This document shows, one piece after another, positions 24,161-37,524 of a DNA stretch of 64,000 nucleotides. The stretch is from Octopus bimaculoides (taxonomy: Eukaryota), in contig NC_068982.1 of assembly GCF_001194135.2 (NCBI RefSeq), positions 150,253,255 through 150,317,254 of the forward strand, read 5' to 3'. Within the stretch, counting starts at the first letter, position 1; the number at the start of each line of letters is the position of its first letter. A program made the translations under genes and the position numbers. The notes under the pieces were generated by a model. It was not told where the DNA came from and searched no databases. It saw only the letters and a list, made by a program, of their open reading frames with translations.

Positions 24161-25944
24161 TCTTACAGTCAACGAGATTTCTTCTAGTCTGCGTCTCTTC
24201 CAAACTATTAAAAAAAAGGTTCTTGTTCCTCCGTTAATCTATCTCTCAGTCAAACCTACTGTTGTTTTCTTTTGTGTTTTTTTTTTTTTATTTGCCTGAG
24301 TAATGGTCCGTGAATCATTTTGTTTCCGTTTTTTGCTGAGGTTTCTAATTTTCCATCTTCGCGTTTCTGTTTTATCACTTTCTTGCCATCTAACTGCCAA
24401 CAACACTGTACCAGTTGCATAATGTTTGACTTTACATATTTGACTTCACATATATGACTTCTTATAATATTTCTGCCAATTAATTATAAGTTGTTGTTTT
24501 TTTTGTTTGTTTTTTGTTTTGTCTTGTTTTTTTTTTGTTTTTTGGGTGGCATTTCTCTTGAATCCTTCTTCCACGTTATATTTCATCTTCCACCATATCT
24601 CCCTCCCACCTTCAAATATTCCCTCTGGGTTACCTCTTCCGAGTCTTTATAATAAGGATGACATGTGTGTTAACACGAGGCTGTATCCTAAAATGTCGAC
24701 TGAATTTCTAAAAACTTAATCAATGAATTCAACACTTTTCAATTACGTTTCAAGTACAGCTTGAGGCCATCTGTAATGGGAAAGATTTCATTTTTTTATG
24801 ACTTCGGGCTAAATCATACCTCGTTAGATATTCTTTGCATATAAGATAAGGGATTAAATCACTTGCTTTTTCAATTTCCCCATCGTTCCTTGATCAATTT
24901 CCAGTTTAGCTACCTAGGGACTCATACTTTATTTCAGCATAATTTCATGCCCTATCATGTATACCAAATACTTTCAGACATACTAGAATCCCAGAATCTG
25001 AGATCATATTATGCATTCCCATTATTTGGTTCCTCTTCCTATTTTTCACACCCTTTCCCACCTCGGGAAATATATGATATATCATTGGCTTCCCGTGAGT
25101 CCCTTACGACATCCACAAGAAATATATAATACATTTCCATGAAAGTTTACATTTAATCACTTTATAACTTCACCTCAGTACTGTAACTGATTATTAGACG
25201 TACAGATATGTGACTATTGCATCTACAGTTTCTATAATTTATGCTTTATCTAAAGCATAGACTAAGTATTAGCACCTGGTAAGAAGGGTTCTATTGGTTT
25301 TCTACCAGGTTCAGCAACCACATAGAAGCTCATAAACGTTAACATCTTAAATATTGACAAAAAGTTACAGCACTCCATTAACGGGACACTGACATCGATG
25401 AACCAACGAACCTCACATTTCTACAAAACATTAGCATCAGTAGTAGTTGTTGTTGCATAGCTCCATATCATCTCTGACTGAGAAGACCTAAGCCATGCAG
25501 AAAGTTAGTCGAACAAAATAGTTGCAACACTAAGATCTATTGTTGCAGATATACTGTTCCTCTGCTTATCGGAAGATTATGGTGGAAACAACGACAAGCA
25601 ATCGTATTGGGTGCTGGGATACAGTGTAACAGTCTGAACATTAAATTATATAAGTGTGAATGTGTGGGTGCGCGTATTTTTTACATAATTCCATAAATGC
25701 ATATGTGTATGTACATGATATGTATATATNNNNNNNNNNNNNNNNNNNNNNNNNNNNNNNNNNNNNNNNNNNNNNNNNNNNNNNNNNNNNNNNNNNNNNN
25801 NNNNNNNNNNNNNNNNNNNNNNNATATATATAAGTTTTAAAAAAACACAATAAACTGCTAGCCCTATGTCAAAAATTTGAAGCCATTATTATTATTATTA
25901 TCATTATTATTTTTATCTCAGCTTTTGTTGTAACTCCTGGAGTC

Positions 25945-26051
25945 TTGCATTAAGTACCAGTTGAGTACTGGCGTCGATGTAATCGACTATACCCCTCCTC
26001 CAAATTCCAGGCCTTGTGCCTATAATAGAAAGGATTATTATTATTATTATT
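25945..26051 (+). mobile_element. SINE family b 3' part with (ATT)n tail
   Basis: ttaagtaccagttgagtactggcgtcgatgtaatcgact...ccttgtgcctataatagaaaggattatt. Confidence 0.85.
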
Positions 26052-26576
26052 GATTTAGAGAGCAGTGCATGCCATCAGCCCCAATATACCTATTATGACT
26101 ACCCGTCTGATAAGGGTACACCGGGCACATGCATCACAACCACATGTTCGCGACATAGTTATCTCATATCAAGATAAACAGCTCATGACCTTGCAGGTGG
26201 GGCCCAGTTAGAATTTTCTTCAGGTCGAGTAGCCCATCCCGCTCAAAAGGTCCCTGAACAAAGGTTGTTTAAGGATGTTGAACGAAATACCCATGTTTCC
26301 AGAGGTGAATTATCCAAACCCCAGATAATTCCTCTCAACACATGACTATGATGCTCTCCCATTACTTCTGCTCGTGATCAGAGATGAACATATGGTCAGC
26401 CACTAGGGGACATGCTCAACTGGTTAAGGTCAAACAATTGACAGCAAATTTGTGATATTGAGCAGAATATTTGATACAGCCCATCTTTTATACCAAGACA
26501 AAACAATGTACATGATGACACTCTCAATCAGTTATGATCAAGAGCCATGAAAGCCACTCCCTGGTACTGCATCAGG

Positions 26577-26577
<1 letters not shown>
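26052..26577. mobile_element. 526-bp non-coding element inserted in a (TTA/TAA)n tract; candidate non-autonomous retroelement
   Basis: Complex, more GC-rich sequence bounded sharply on both sides by (TTA)n. No ORF, TIR or tRNA head is evident. I recall it as a recurrent octopus repeat (unverified). Confidence 0.6.
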
Positions 26578-26655
<78 letters not shown>

Positions 26656-26777
26656 CATTTTGGTTTGACTCAAGTTCGGTCTTATTCCCGACAGGAATTA
26701 TGTGGATAGCTGATTGCTATGTATAACCTTAGGTATCCACAAGTCTTTCAGTGCTTAGAACCCTCCTGTATTATTAA

Positions 26778-26834
<57 letters not shown>

Positions 26835-28174
26835 TTCTCAATCACCAAGACAACGATCGAAATTAGTGTGTTTTTTTTATTTACTACCGCTATTTTCCAT
26901 TTCACAATCCTTTACTTTTTAAACTGTTGGCATTTTATCTACACAGCTGACATCTTTGCATTGTTGCCAGATTACTAACTTATACATAAAATCTTTAGAA
27001 GCTACACGTAATCTTGAAAATGAAGCTAGGGGTTTTGACAGCTGTTTATAGTGTGTCAAAATGAAATCGCTGTTGGAAAAGGAAAACCTCTAATAAAGAC
27101 CAATAATAAAACTTTATTCCTTACACAGATACCAGAACTAACATCCTAGGAATGCATAAATATAAAATGGCAAGATATTTTAAATGAAAAGTAAACATTG
27201 GCAGCATTTATTCTAACAAAATGATAATGCTATGGCTTTCTGCAATATAAATGCATGCAATTATGCAAACAAAATTCTTAAAGGGGAGATCGAATAAGAC
27301 TAAAAAATTACCAAGCAAGAAGGGGATATATANNNNNNNNNNNNNNNNNNNNNNNNNNNNNNNNNNNNNNNNNNNNNNNNNNNNNNNNNNNNNNNNNNNN
27401 NNNNNNNNNNNNNNNNNNNNNNNNNNNNNNNNNNNNNNNNNNNNNNNNNNNNNNNNNNNNNNNNNNNNNNNNNNNNNNNNNNNNNNNNNNNNNNNNNNNN
27501 NNNNNNNNNNNNNNNNNNNNNNNNNNNNNNNNNNNNNNNNNNNNNNNNNNNNNNNNNNNNNNNNNNNNNNNNNNNNNNNNNNNNNNNNNNNNNNNNNNNN
27601 NNNNNNNNNNNNNNNNNNNNNNNNNNNNNNNNNNNNNNNNNNNNNNNNNNNNNNNNNNNNNNNNNNNNNNNNNNNNNNNNNNNNNNNNNNNNNNNNNNNN
27701 NNNNNNNNNNNNNNNNNNNNNNNNNNNNNNNNNNNNNNNNNNNNNNNNNNNNNNNNNNNNNNNNNNNNNNNNNNNNNNNNNNNNNNNNNNNNNNNNNNNN
27801 NNNNNNNNNNNNNNNNNNNNNNNNNNNNNNNNNNNNNNNNNNNNNNNNNNNNNNNNNNNNNNNNNNNNNNNNNNNNNNNNNNNNNNNNNNNNNNNNNNNN
27901 NNNNNNNNNNNNNNNNNNNNNNNNNNNNNNNNNNNNNNNNNNNNNNNNNNNNNNNNNNNNNNNNNNNNNNNNNNNNNNNNNNNNNNNNNNNNNNNNNNNN
28001 NNNNNNNNNNNNNNNNNNNNNNNNNNNNNNNNNNNNNNNNNNNNNNNNNNNNNNNNNNNNNNNNNNNNNNNNNNNNNNNNNNNNNNNNNNNNNNNNNNNN
28101 NNNNNNNNNNNNNNNNNNNNNNNNNNNNNNNNNNNNNNNNNNNNNNNNNNNNNNNNNNNNNNNNNNNNNNNNNN

Positions 28175-28540
28175 ATGGTTCCGGGTTCAGTCCCACTGCG
28201 TGGCACCTTGGGCAAGTGTCTTCTACTATAGCCTCGGGCCGACCAAAGCCTTGTGAGTGGATTTGGTAGACGGAAACTGAAAGAAGCCCGTCGTATATAT
28301 GTATATGTATATATATGTGTGTGTTTGTGTGTCTGTGTTTATCCCCCCCCAACTTCGCTTGACAACCGATGCTGGTGTGTTTACGTCCCCGTAATCTAGC
28401 GTTTCGGCAAAAGAGAACCGATAAAATAAGTACTAGGCTTACAAAGAATAAGTCCTGGAGTCGATTTGCTCGACTAAAGGCGGTGCTCCAGCATGGCAGT
28501 AGTCAAATGACTGAAACAAGTAAAAGAGTAAAAGAGTAAA
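28175..28540 (+). mobile_element. SINE family a, near full length
   Basis: Matches the other family a copies; ends taaaagagtaaaagagtaaa. Confidence 0.93.
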
Positions 28541-28940
28541 TATTTGACTGACTAGATAAATATTTAATTCAACAACGTTGCTCACAGCGCACCCTGTCCG
28601 GTTTCTGTGTTCGACAAGGAGATGACCACTCTGAAATGCTTGCATCTCACAGTCTAGATAGGTGACGCAACGAGCTGATTTTCGTGTATTTACACCATTT
28701 GTCTACACCGAAAATTTTTCTCCGTAACAAAACACGGTGAATAGCTTTCTTAGGGGTTCGAATATGCCCCAAGCATATTTGAACTGGTTATTACCTTGTA
28801 CTTATAATTGTTTCAGTTCAGAAATCTCCATATTTTTATGATTGTGCGAAATTTATCATCGTGTTACACAACTTCCGGTTCAGTTCCCAACTCTCTCTCT
28901 CCCACTCTCCCCGTCTCTTTCTCTCTGTTTCAGTCCTCTC

Positions 28941-28971
<31 letters not shown>

Positions 28972-29989
28972 NNNNNNNNNNNNNNNNNNNNNNNNNNNNN
29001 NNNNNNNNNNNNNNNNNNNNNNNNNNNNNNNNNNNNNNNNNNNNNNNNNNNNNNNNNNNNNNNNNNNNNNNNNNNNNNNNNNNNNNNNNNNNNNNNNNNN
29101 NNNNNNNNNNNNNNNNNNNNNNNNNNNNNNNNNNNNNNNNNNNNNNNNNNNNNNNNNNNNNNNNNNNNNNNNNNNNNNNNNNNNNNNNNNNNNNNNNNNN
29201 NNNNNNNNNNNNNNNNNNNNNNNNNNNNNNNNNNNNNNNNNNNNNNNNNNNNNNNNNNNNNNNNNNNNNNNNNNNNNNNNNNNNNNNNNNNNNNNNNNNN
29301 NNNNNNNNNNNNNNNNNNNNNNNNNNNNNNNNNNNNNNNNNNNNNNNNNNNNNNNNNNNNNNNNNNNNNNNNNNNNNNNNNNNNNNNNNNNNNNNNNNNN
29401 NNNNNNNNNNNNNNNNNNNNNNNNNNNNNNNNNNNNNNNNNNNNNNNNNNNNNNNNNNNNNNNNNNNNNNNNNNNNNNNNNNNNNNNNNNNNNNNNNNNN
29501 NNNNNNNNNNNNNNNNNNNNNNNNNNNNNNNNNNNNNNNNNNNNNNNNNNNNNNNNNNNNNNNNNNNNNNNNNNNNNNNNNNNNNNNNNNNNNNNNNNNN
29601 NNNNNNNNNNNNNNNNNNNNNNNNNNNNNNNNNNNNNNNNNNNNNNNNNNNNNNNNNNNNNNNNNNNNNNNNNNNNNNNNNNNNNNNNNNNNNNNNNNNN
29701 NNNNNNNNNNNNNNNNNNNNNNNNNNNNNNNNNNNNNNNNNNNNNNNNNNNNNNNNNNNNNNNNNNNNNNNNNNNNNNNNNNNNNNNNNNNNNNNNNNNN
29801 NNNNNNNNNNNNNNNNNNNNNNNNNNNNNNNNNNNNNNNATCCAAGATTTCTCTTGAGAAAAGCAAACAAATATTCGTTATTTTTACTATTCATAATAAA
29901 TTCCTTTTATTTATTTCTTTTTTTTTCGGAAATAAGAAATGTCATCTATTTATATAGTCAGTTAGCTAAAACTCTATATGCATAACTAT

Positions 29990-30380
29990 CTATTCATACC
30001 AATGTCTATCTATCCATTTGCCTTTCCTTCTTTCTTTCTACCTCTCTCATTTTTCATTCTCCTTTTCTCAATTTTCTTTTTTCTCTTTCTTTTTTTCTCC
30101 CTCTCTTTCCTTTTTCTCTCCCTCTCTTTCTTCTTCTCTCCCACCCCCTCTTTTTCCGTCTTTCTCTTTCTGCCTTTATACCTTCTCTCTCACTCACTCA
30201 CTCACTCCCTCTGAATCACTCTTTCTTTTCCTCCCATTCTTTTTCCTTATTTCTTTCCTTCCTTCTTTTTCCTTCCTTATTTCTTTCCTTCCTTCTATTT
30301 TCCTTCCTTATTTCTTCCCAACATGCAAATACCCAAAATTCCCAAGCACTATCTGTCCACCTTAGTTCCTTTTCTTTCTT
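29990..30380. repeat. Polypyrimidine (CT/CTT-rich) low-complexity tract
   Basis: Directly visible; similar tracts at 15960-16110, 28890-28971 and 58570-59090. Confidence 0.9.
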
Positions 30381-30859
30381 CATTTCAGAAAGATAGTTGA
30401 ATGATTAATCTCTTACACCCATTTTCAAGAAATCTACAACTGTCACTTTCATAAAAGCAAGTAAAATTACTGGTTTTTACGTAAGACTTACTTTGTTGAT
30501 TTCCCATATCAACCTGTTACCATCCGATACAGATTTTCCTTCACTTTAAAACGGCGTCAAATCCCTGTCAGCGTAACATTCTCCATGTCAATAAGCAAAG
30601 CAAAAATCAAGAGCAAAGCTGACAAAACTGTGACATTTATCTCCTTACTGCAGTGTTCATAAACGTTCGGTTGTATATTGCTCTCAATAGAGTTGGGGAA
30701 CCTTCGTACATAAAGATTTTTGCTCACGAAAGTTAATATACTACATCAAGAAGATGTCGCAGGCATTCCGATCCTAAAATTGTTATAATCACGAAAAATA
30801 TTCCCTACATAGACGCCTGACTGTCAAATTTTCTATTTGGGGAATGTTGTATGTAATGT

Positions 30860-31063
30860 TGATTTCAAATTTTGGCACAAGGCTAGCAACTTCGACCCCA
30901 GTGTTACATTTACCCTAGTGTTCAACTGATACTTATTTTATCGTCCCCAAAAGGATGAAAGGCAAAGTTGACCCCGGCGGAGTTTGAACTCATAACATAA
31001 AGATGAACGAAGTGCTGCAAAGCATTTTGCCCGGGGTGCTAACGGTTCTGTCAGCTCGCCGCC
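30860..31063 (-). mobile_element. SINE family b, full length, diverged
   Basis: Head ggcggcgagctgacag..., core and tail cttgtgccaaaatttgaaat. Confidence 0.88.
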
Positions 31064-33177
31064 TTAATGTTGTATATGATGTTGCAAATAGAAGTAATAA
31101 AAAAATAAAAATTAATATATATTTTGTTCTTTTAAATGTTTCTTCTATGTAAACGTTGTTTTACTTATCTACTGCAAAATTCTTTCCTGAAGACATACTT
31201 ACAATGAAGCAAGATATACTTACAATGAAGATATACAATGAAGCAAAATATTACTTATTCCGTATATCAAAAAACGGTCATGTACTAGTTGTTTATATAT
31301 CATTTGATGTATAATGGAATGGATTTTGAACAAAGAAGACTCTCCCCAAAAGTGGTAAAACCATCTACAGGCAAAATTTCACTCTTATTTAAATTTGAAA
31401 CCTCCCGCTAACAAATTCACTAAAATCCAATATGAAAAAAATGACTGAAACATTAAGACAAAATTAGTAATCTATTTAGTGTGCGTTATGTTTCCTATTC
31501 TTCGTCTGTCATGAAAGAATACATAACCAAAAGGAATGAAAATGGTGGTTTTTATTCACTCCTTTTTCACTTCCATCCGCCATTGCTTGAGTACACTCCG
31601 TCGAAGGACCTTAACATGAAACAACCGGTTTTTCACTCATAGAGTAGTCGACAACCCGAATTTATGGACACCTAAGATATTCTCCTGAGTTTAACAAGCT
31701 AGAATGCACTAAGCTGTTTATTATGAAGAAAAGTTACACTGGATATCATGATCCAGAGCCATGCCTAAATACTTCTGCAACATTGCAATTTGTGCCGAGA
31801 GTAGTCTATAGAATTTATCTCAAAAGGGAAAAGGTAAAACTGACTTCGGTGAAAATCGGAACAAAATATCCAAAGCTTTTGGTCCGACGCACTACTGGTT
31901 CTACCTATTAATATAATTAATGTTGACATTGATATTTTAATGTCAAATATATCAGTGCTTCTAAAGCATTCTTGCCAGCGCAATTTCCTCAAAATTCATA
32001 TTGTGTTCTTGTATTTTTAGACTTTGTATTTTATGTCCAAAATTATTTTCCCTGTGTACAATTAATTAATTGATTGATTGGAGATGTGCATAGCTTTGTA
32101 ACATTTGAACCACAATATCAGTAAGTGATAAATTCTAACAGATACGTATATTTTTAACAATAAAAACATTTATCGATAAGATGCGTACAACATATTGAAT
32201 ATATATCATTAAATTTAACTTCAATTTATAGTTTCTATTTGTTTGTTTTTCTCTGTAACTGACTTTTATTGAATTTCTCCGTTTCTCAATACTAACAATA
32301 AATTTTTAGGTTTCTATTTTGTGTTTCATTTCTTCTTGTACGTGACAAGAAAAGAAATTTCAGTTCCTTGTTGACTTGCGTGATATATTTAATTCCGATT
32401 GATCTATTTATTTATTGTAAAATGAAACGTTTATCAAATCGAAAAATGTTACTATTACTATTAGTTATTTTGTATATTATTTCTTGCATAAGAAACGATT
32501 ATTCAGAGACAACGTCACTCAACAATTGTAACAAGGTATCTCTCTAAACCAATTATTCTTCGCTAAGCCAGTATAGCGGCACTACTAAATAGAAAGTGTC
32601 AGATTTAGATTTAATATATTCCGACTTCCTACACTAAGAATCAGTCTAAGATGGTTTACAAAATTAAATTTACAAATCATTCTGGTGTTTATTTTGAAGA
32701 GAAAAAAATTTCATAAATGTTTCTGGTAACAATCCAATAAATTCTATAGACGATCTGCAACACAAATTACTTGCAATGCTGCAGAAGTGTTTAAATGTGT
32801 TTCTAGATTATGATGTCCAGTATAACTTCCCTTCAGAGTAAACAACTTAGTGTATTCTAGCTTACTAAATTAACAATGACTTCTCTCATTTTATCTTGGC
32901 AGTAGGGACTAATTAAAAAATAACAAATTTTGTGATGTATCCAAATCACTGATATATGTACACACACACACACACACGTGTATATGTGTATGTGTGCGTG
33001 CGTGTGTGTGTGTGTATATGCGGGTGCATCAACTTACTAATTTGTATATAAAAATATACAGAAGAATTCTTTTGTACATAAAATCTTTTTGCGTTAATGT
33101 AGACATATGCATTCACAAACATTTAAAACTAACGTTAAGTTAAAATGTGTGCAAACATAATAGGTAAATATTAATAA

Positions 33178-33391
33178 TTCTTTCTACTATAGACACAAGG
33201 TCTGAAATTTTCGGAGAGGAGGACTAGTCGATTACATCGACCACAGCGTTTCACTGGTACTTAATTTATCGACACCGAAAGAATGAAAGGTAAAGCTGAC
33301 CTCCACGGAATTTGAACTCAGAACATAGCAGCAGACGAAATACCGCTAAGCATTTCGCCCAGCGTGCTAACGATTCTGCCTGCTCGCCGCC
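33178..33391 (-). mobile_element. SINE family b, full length
   Basis: Head ggcggcgagcaggcagaatcgttagcacgc through to tail gtagaaagaattatt. Confidence 0.9.
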
Positions 33392-33912
33392 TTAGTAATT
33401 ATAGACAGTAATGACGCTGTAAATATGTACAGTAGCTTTTTATATAATTTCCATCTTTGGCACTGTTCTACAAATGTATGGTGGGGGTGGAGACAATCGG
33501 CTATATCAATCTCAGTATTTTACTGGTACTTTACTGGTAATGAAAGGCAAAGTCGACCTGTGGAACAGAATGAAATACTACAAATTCTTTTTTGTCTAGC
33601 GCTCTACCGATTTTGACAAAGTATTTTAGCATTACACATACCAACATATGTAGACAAGATATCATTTTTGATGCTTCACTTTTAATACTTTATGTGCGTA
33701 GGCATCACCATATAACAAGAAGTAAACTCTGAATTTATGATCCTGACTCCATTATCTGTATCCATGGCCTCTGAATCCAAATCCCTATTCATGCTATTTT
33801 GCGTATGTTATTCAATGTTCTTAAAAAGACCTGAACATAACATAATTACACACAAGTATAAACTTGTAGCCTTATGACCAATGAAGAAATCATAATTACT
33901 CAATAATTTCAG

Positions 33913-33960
33913 GCATCGTTCTTTACAACATTCTATAACAACTGTGACCAAACAGTGGTT
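33913..33960 (+). CDS. Weak candidate 48-nt exon (ASFFTTFYNNCDQTVV or an alternative frame)
   Basis: Acceptor aataatttcag and donor GTT|gtaagc. Confidence 0.22.
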
Positions 33961-34759
33961 GTAAGCCGTGTCTGCTTTTGAAGCTTTTATGAGTGACTTC
34001 CAACATAATATTTGGGCTGTTTTTCCTACGACAGATTTACCATCCTACCAGATGCAAACATGAAAACTCATTAAAAAATGGCTTCAACGAGCTGAGGTTA
34101 ATTAATATACTTTAGTGAGTAAAATTATGTAGTGGTATATTTTCTTATATATAAATATAATTTAGAAAAATATGTTAGAGCTCTTGATAATTAAAATAGT
34201 ATTATTTCTGGATCTTCTTATCAAACAACTTGTCACTTCTACTGCATAATATAGTGACACTTTGAACGTTAGGTACATCTCCAATGTATTTAAATTTCTA
34301 TTTAGCACTTCACAGTAAATTCTGTATTTAGATTTCTGATGCCATTCAGTGAAAGCATCTGGGGTGGGAGGCATTGAATATCATCTAGAATATCTTTATT
34401 TTCTAAATTTATGAATGACCATTTAATTCTACTTAATATAATCTCAGCTATGGGGCAATAAATCAACAAGCAATTAGTCTTTGTTTAATAAATGAGTAGC
34501 CTGCTACCCAAAACCATCAGAGTCAAAATTGACCAGAGAGGACTTACCATAGACTACTATCTCACCGAGGAAAATATATATCTTAATTAACATGAATACT
34601 TGGATAGGCCTAATATAAATGGTCGATTAAAGGGTATATAGAAAACAGATTACCATCAATTTTTATAATGTATATGTTTATCAATCACTTCTTTCTCTTT
34701 CCTTCCCTCCCCCACCTCTCTCTCTCTCTCTCTTTCTCCATATATACCTACATACATAG

Positions 34760-34790
<31 letters not shown>

Positions 34791-34791
<1 letters not shown>

Positions 34792-35084
34792 CATGTGATC
34801 ATATGGTCGACTAGACTATCGGGTGTTTTTATACATCGCTGGTAACAATGCGTTTTGCATCGTTTTAGCTTTCGAATGATGCCGCCACCCCGCTGACAGA
34901 GCGAAGAGGCCAGCATACCACCTGATTGGAAGGCTGCTCCGTCGCAGAGTTACGTCGCAGAGTGGACTGCAGCAACGCGAAATGAAGTGTTTTGCTCAAG
35001 AACACAACATGCCGCTCGGTCCGGATATCGAATCCACGATCTAGCAATCATGAATGCAACACCTTAACCACTAATCCACGCACC
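34791..35084 (-). mobile_element. tRNA-headed SINE (gtgcgtggattagtggttaagg head, ttgagcaaaacacttcatttc core)
   Basis: A-box and B-box-like head plus the core shared with family c; different 3' body. Confidence 0.85.
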
Positions 35085-35094
35085 TTCATATATA

Positions 35095-35864
35095 AGAGGG
35101 TAATCCCAAAAGTAAGGTCTCCAAAAATATTTAGAAATCCCAGAAACGTTTATTGTCAATGATGTTTACATCATTTTAAAGTTTGAACATTTATCTATTT
35201 TTCTACATAACCGCCATTTCGGTCGATGCTGAAGCGCGTTCCGGCCAAATATTCTTTCAACTTAGGGAACAGGTGATAGTCACTGGGTGCCAAATCCGGA
35301 CTATAAGGCGGGTTGCCGTTTATGGTCTTCTGTGAGCATTCGTAGGACCTATCTTGCGTACACCTTCCGATATTGCAACTTTTTCCTCAAATGGTGCTTC
35401 GGGAAACCTCAGGAACCAAAATGCGGAGATAATCCAGAGCGATCTGCCGATTTTTACGCAGGATTTGCTCAACCTTCGCGACTGTCTCATCGGAAATAGA
35501 TGGTCGCCCGTTTCTTTCTTCGTCATGAATTTCAGTGCGACCAGCTGAAAACTCCCTACACCACTTTCGGATGTTTTTGACATCCATGCATGACTCGCCA
35601 TACACTTCCGTTAATTGGCGATGAATTTCAATCGGTTTAATGCCTTTTGTGTTCAAAAACCGAATAAGTACGCGAACTTCACACTTGGTGATAGCATCAA
35701 TCGAGGGGGGTCCATCAGATACGACTGGCAAGACAAGACTGAGCATGGCAGCGAGGCGTGCGCAGGGATAGGCGCATGCACAACAAATACAACAGTGCTG
35801 CCAATAGACGCACGCACAGTTTTCCTACGTCCCCAGCGATTTGGAGACCTTACTTTTGGGATTA

Positions 35865-35870
<6 letters not shown>
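35095..35870 (-). mobile_element. Mariner deletion derivative with perfect 29-bp TIRs
   Basis: gagggtaatcccaaaagtaaggtctccaa (35096-35124) is the exact reverse complement of 35841-35869. The interior jumps EDHKRQ|PPYSPDLAPSDYHLFPKLKEYLAGTRFS|IDRNGGYVEK*, so the DD34D core is deleted. Confidence 0.95.
35387..35746 (-). pseudogene. Truncated mariner transposase ORF retaining the N-terminal HTH DNA-binding region (119 aa)
   Basis: Reads EVRVLIRFLNTKGIKPIEIHRQLTEVYGE..NIRKWCREFSAGRTEIHDEERNGRPS; open from ATG to stop in the ORF track. Confidence 0.85.
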
Positions 35871-35914
<44 letters not shown>

Positions 35915-36896
35915 NNNNNNNNNNNNNNNNNNNNNNNNNNNNNNNNNNNNNNNNNNNNNNNNNNNNNNNNNNNNNNNNNNNNNNNNNNNNNNNNNNNNNN
36001 NNNNNNNNNNNNNNNNNNNNNNNNNNNNNNNNNNNNNNNNNNNNNNNNNNNNNNNNNNNNNNNNNNNNNNNNNNNNNNNNNNNNNNNNNNNNNNNNNNNN
36101 NNNNNNNNNNNNNNNNNNNNNNNNNNNNNNNNNNNNNNNNNNNNNNNNNNNNNNNNNNNNNNNNNNNNNNNNNNNNNNNNNNNNNNNNNNNNNNNNNNNN
36201 NNNNNNNNNNNNNNNNNNNNNNNNNNNNNNNNNNNNNNNNNNNNNNNNNNNNNNNNNNNNNNNNNNNNNNNNNNNNNNNNNNNNNNNNNNNNNNNNNNNN
36301 NNNNNNNNNNNNNNNNNNNNNNNNNNNNNNNNNNNNNNNNNNNNNNNNNNNNNNNNNNNNNNNNNNNNNNNNNNNNNNNNNNNNNNNNNNNNNNNNNNNN
36401 NNNNNNNNNNNNNNNNNNNNNNNNNNNNNNNNNNNNNNNNNNNNNNNNNNNNNNNNNNNNNNNNNNNNNNNNNNTATATATATATATATATGGACGGTTC
36501 TCTGTCCACGAAAAATCATGTGAGTGTGTGTGCGCGTGTATGTCTGTATGTGTGTGTGCGCGTGTGTGTGTATGTATTTTGAGGTCTATTAAATGCATAT
36601 ATATAAGTGACAGATATATCTATGTATGCATATGTATATGTTGATGGATTTATTAGTTCAACTAAATATTTTAGGTGAGCAATTGTCAATTTCCCTACAT
36701 GTGATATTCGTCCTCTCCGTTTGTAACGGAATGATTGATTGGTTTGAGGCAAAGCTGTGAAATATAATATATGATCTGCTAGATGTATCAAATATGTATT
36801 TTCATAGAAAAGGAATACTAATGTATTTGTATACATATGTATTATTGTAATAGTAAAAGTGATTGTGTATGTATGTATGTATGTACGTATGTATGT

Positions 36897-36985
<89 letters not shown>

Positions 36986-37004
36986 TAATACATACATACA
37001 TACA

Positions 37005-37520
37005 AAAATGTCATCACGATATTATTTTCCGATGAGACATGATGTAGTAGCTAGGACACTCTATAATGAAATCCGTCGGAAGGATAACCCAGAGGACAAA
37101 GAAATAAAAATCCACAATATGGTAGAAGCCATAGTCACTCATAATAAAAAGGAATACTGGTGGAATGTCCCAGTGAAGACTTCAATAAAATGTAAGCACA
37201 ACAGGCCAGAAATAATGATTTGGGATACGGTAGTGAAACTGTGCACAGTTGTGGAAATTATCTGCCCAGCGGATATTAACAAAAGCTGAAGATCAATGAA
37301 AAAGAGAATACCTATGCTGAACTATTGAGAAATCTGCAGTTACTCTATCCAGATTACAAGTTCAGGTTTATACCTATAATTATTGGGGCACTGATATATG
37401 TAACACACTGTCTAAATACCAACCTTAGTCTTCTCAAAACCAGAAAGGAGAAAGCTAATTCAAAACTACAGATCCAATCCATCACTGGAACTGTAAAAAC
37501 TTCTGTCAAATGTAAGCATA
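37005..37520 (+). mobile_element. Dong-like lineage B 3' coding fragment
   Basis: Reads MSSRYYFPMRHDVVA..YWWNVPVKTSIKCKHNRPEIMIWD..VVEIICPADIN..LLRNLQLLYPDYKFRFIPIIIGAL..IQSITGTVK. Confidence 0.88.
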
Positions 37521-37524
37521 ACAT

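Noticed and set aside
31700-31850. ORF MKKSYTGYHDPEPC.. with an AAG|gtaaaa donor
   Set aside because: Its 3' part is a degenerate SINE-b core and the acceptor is weak.
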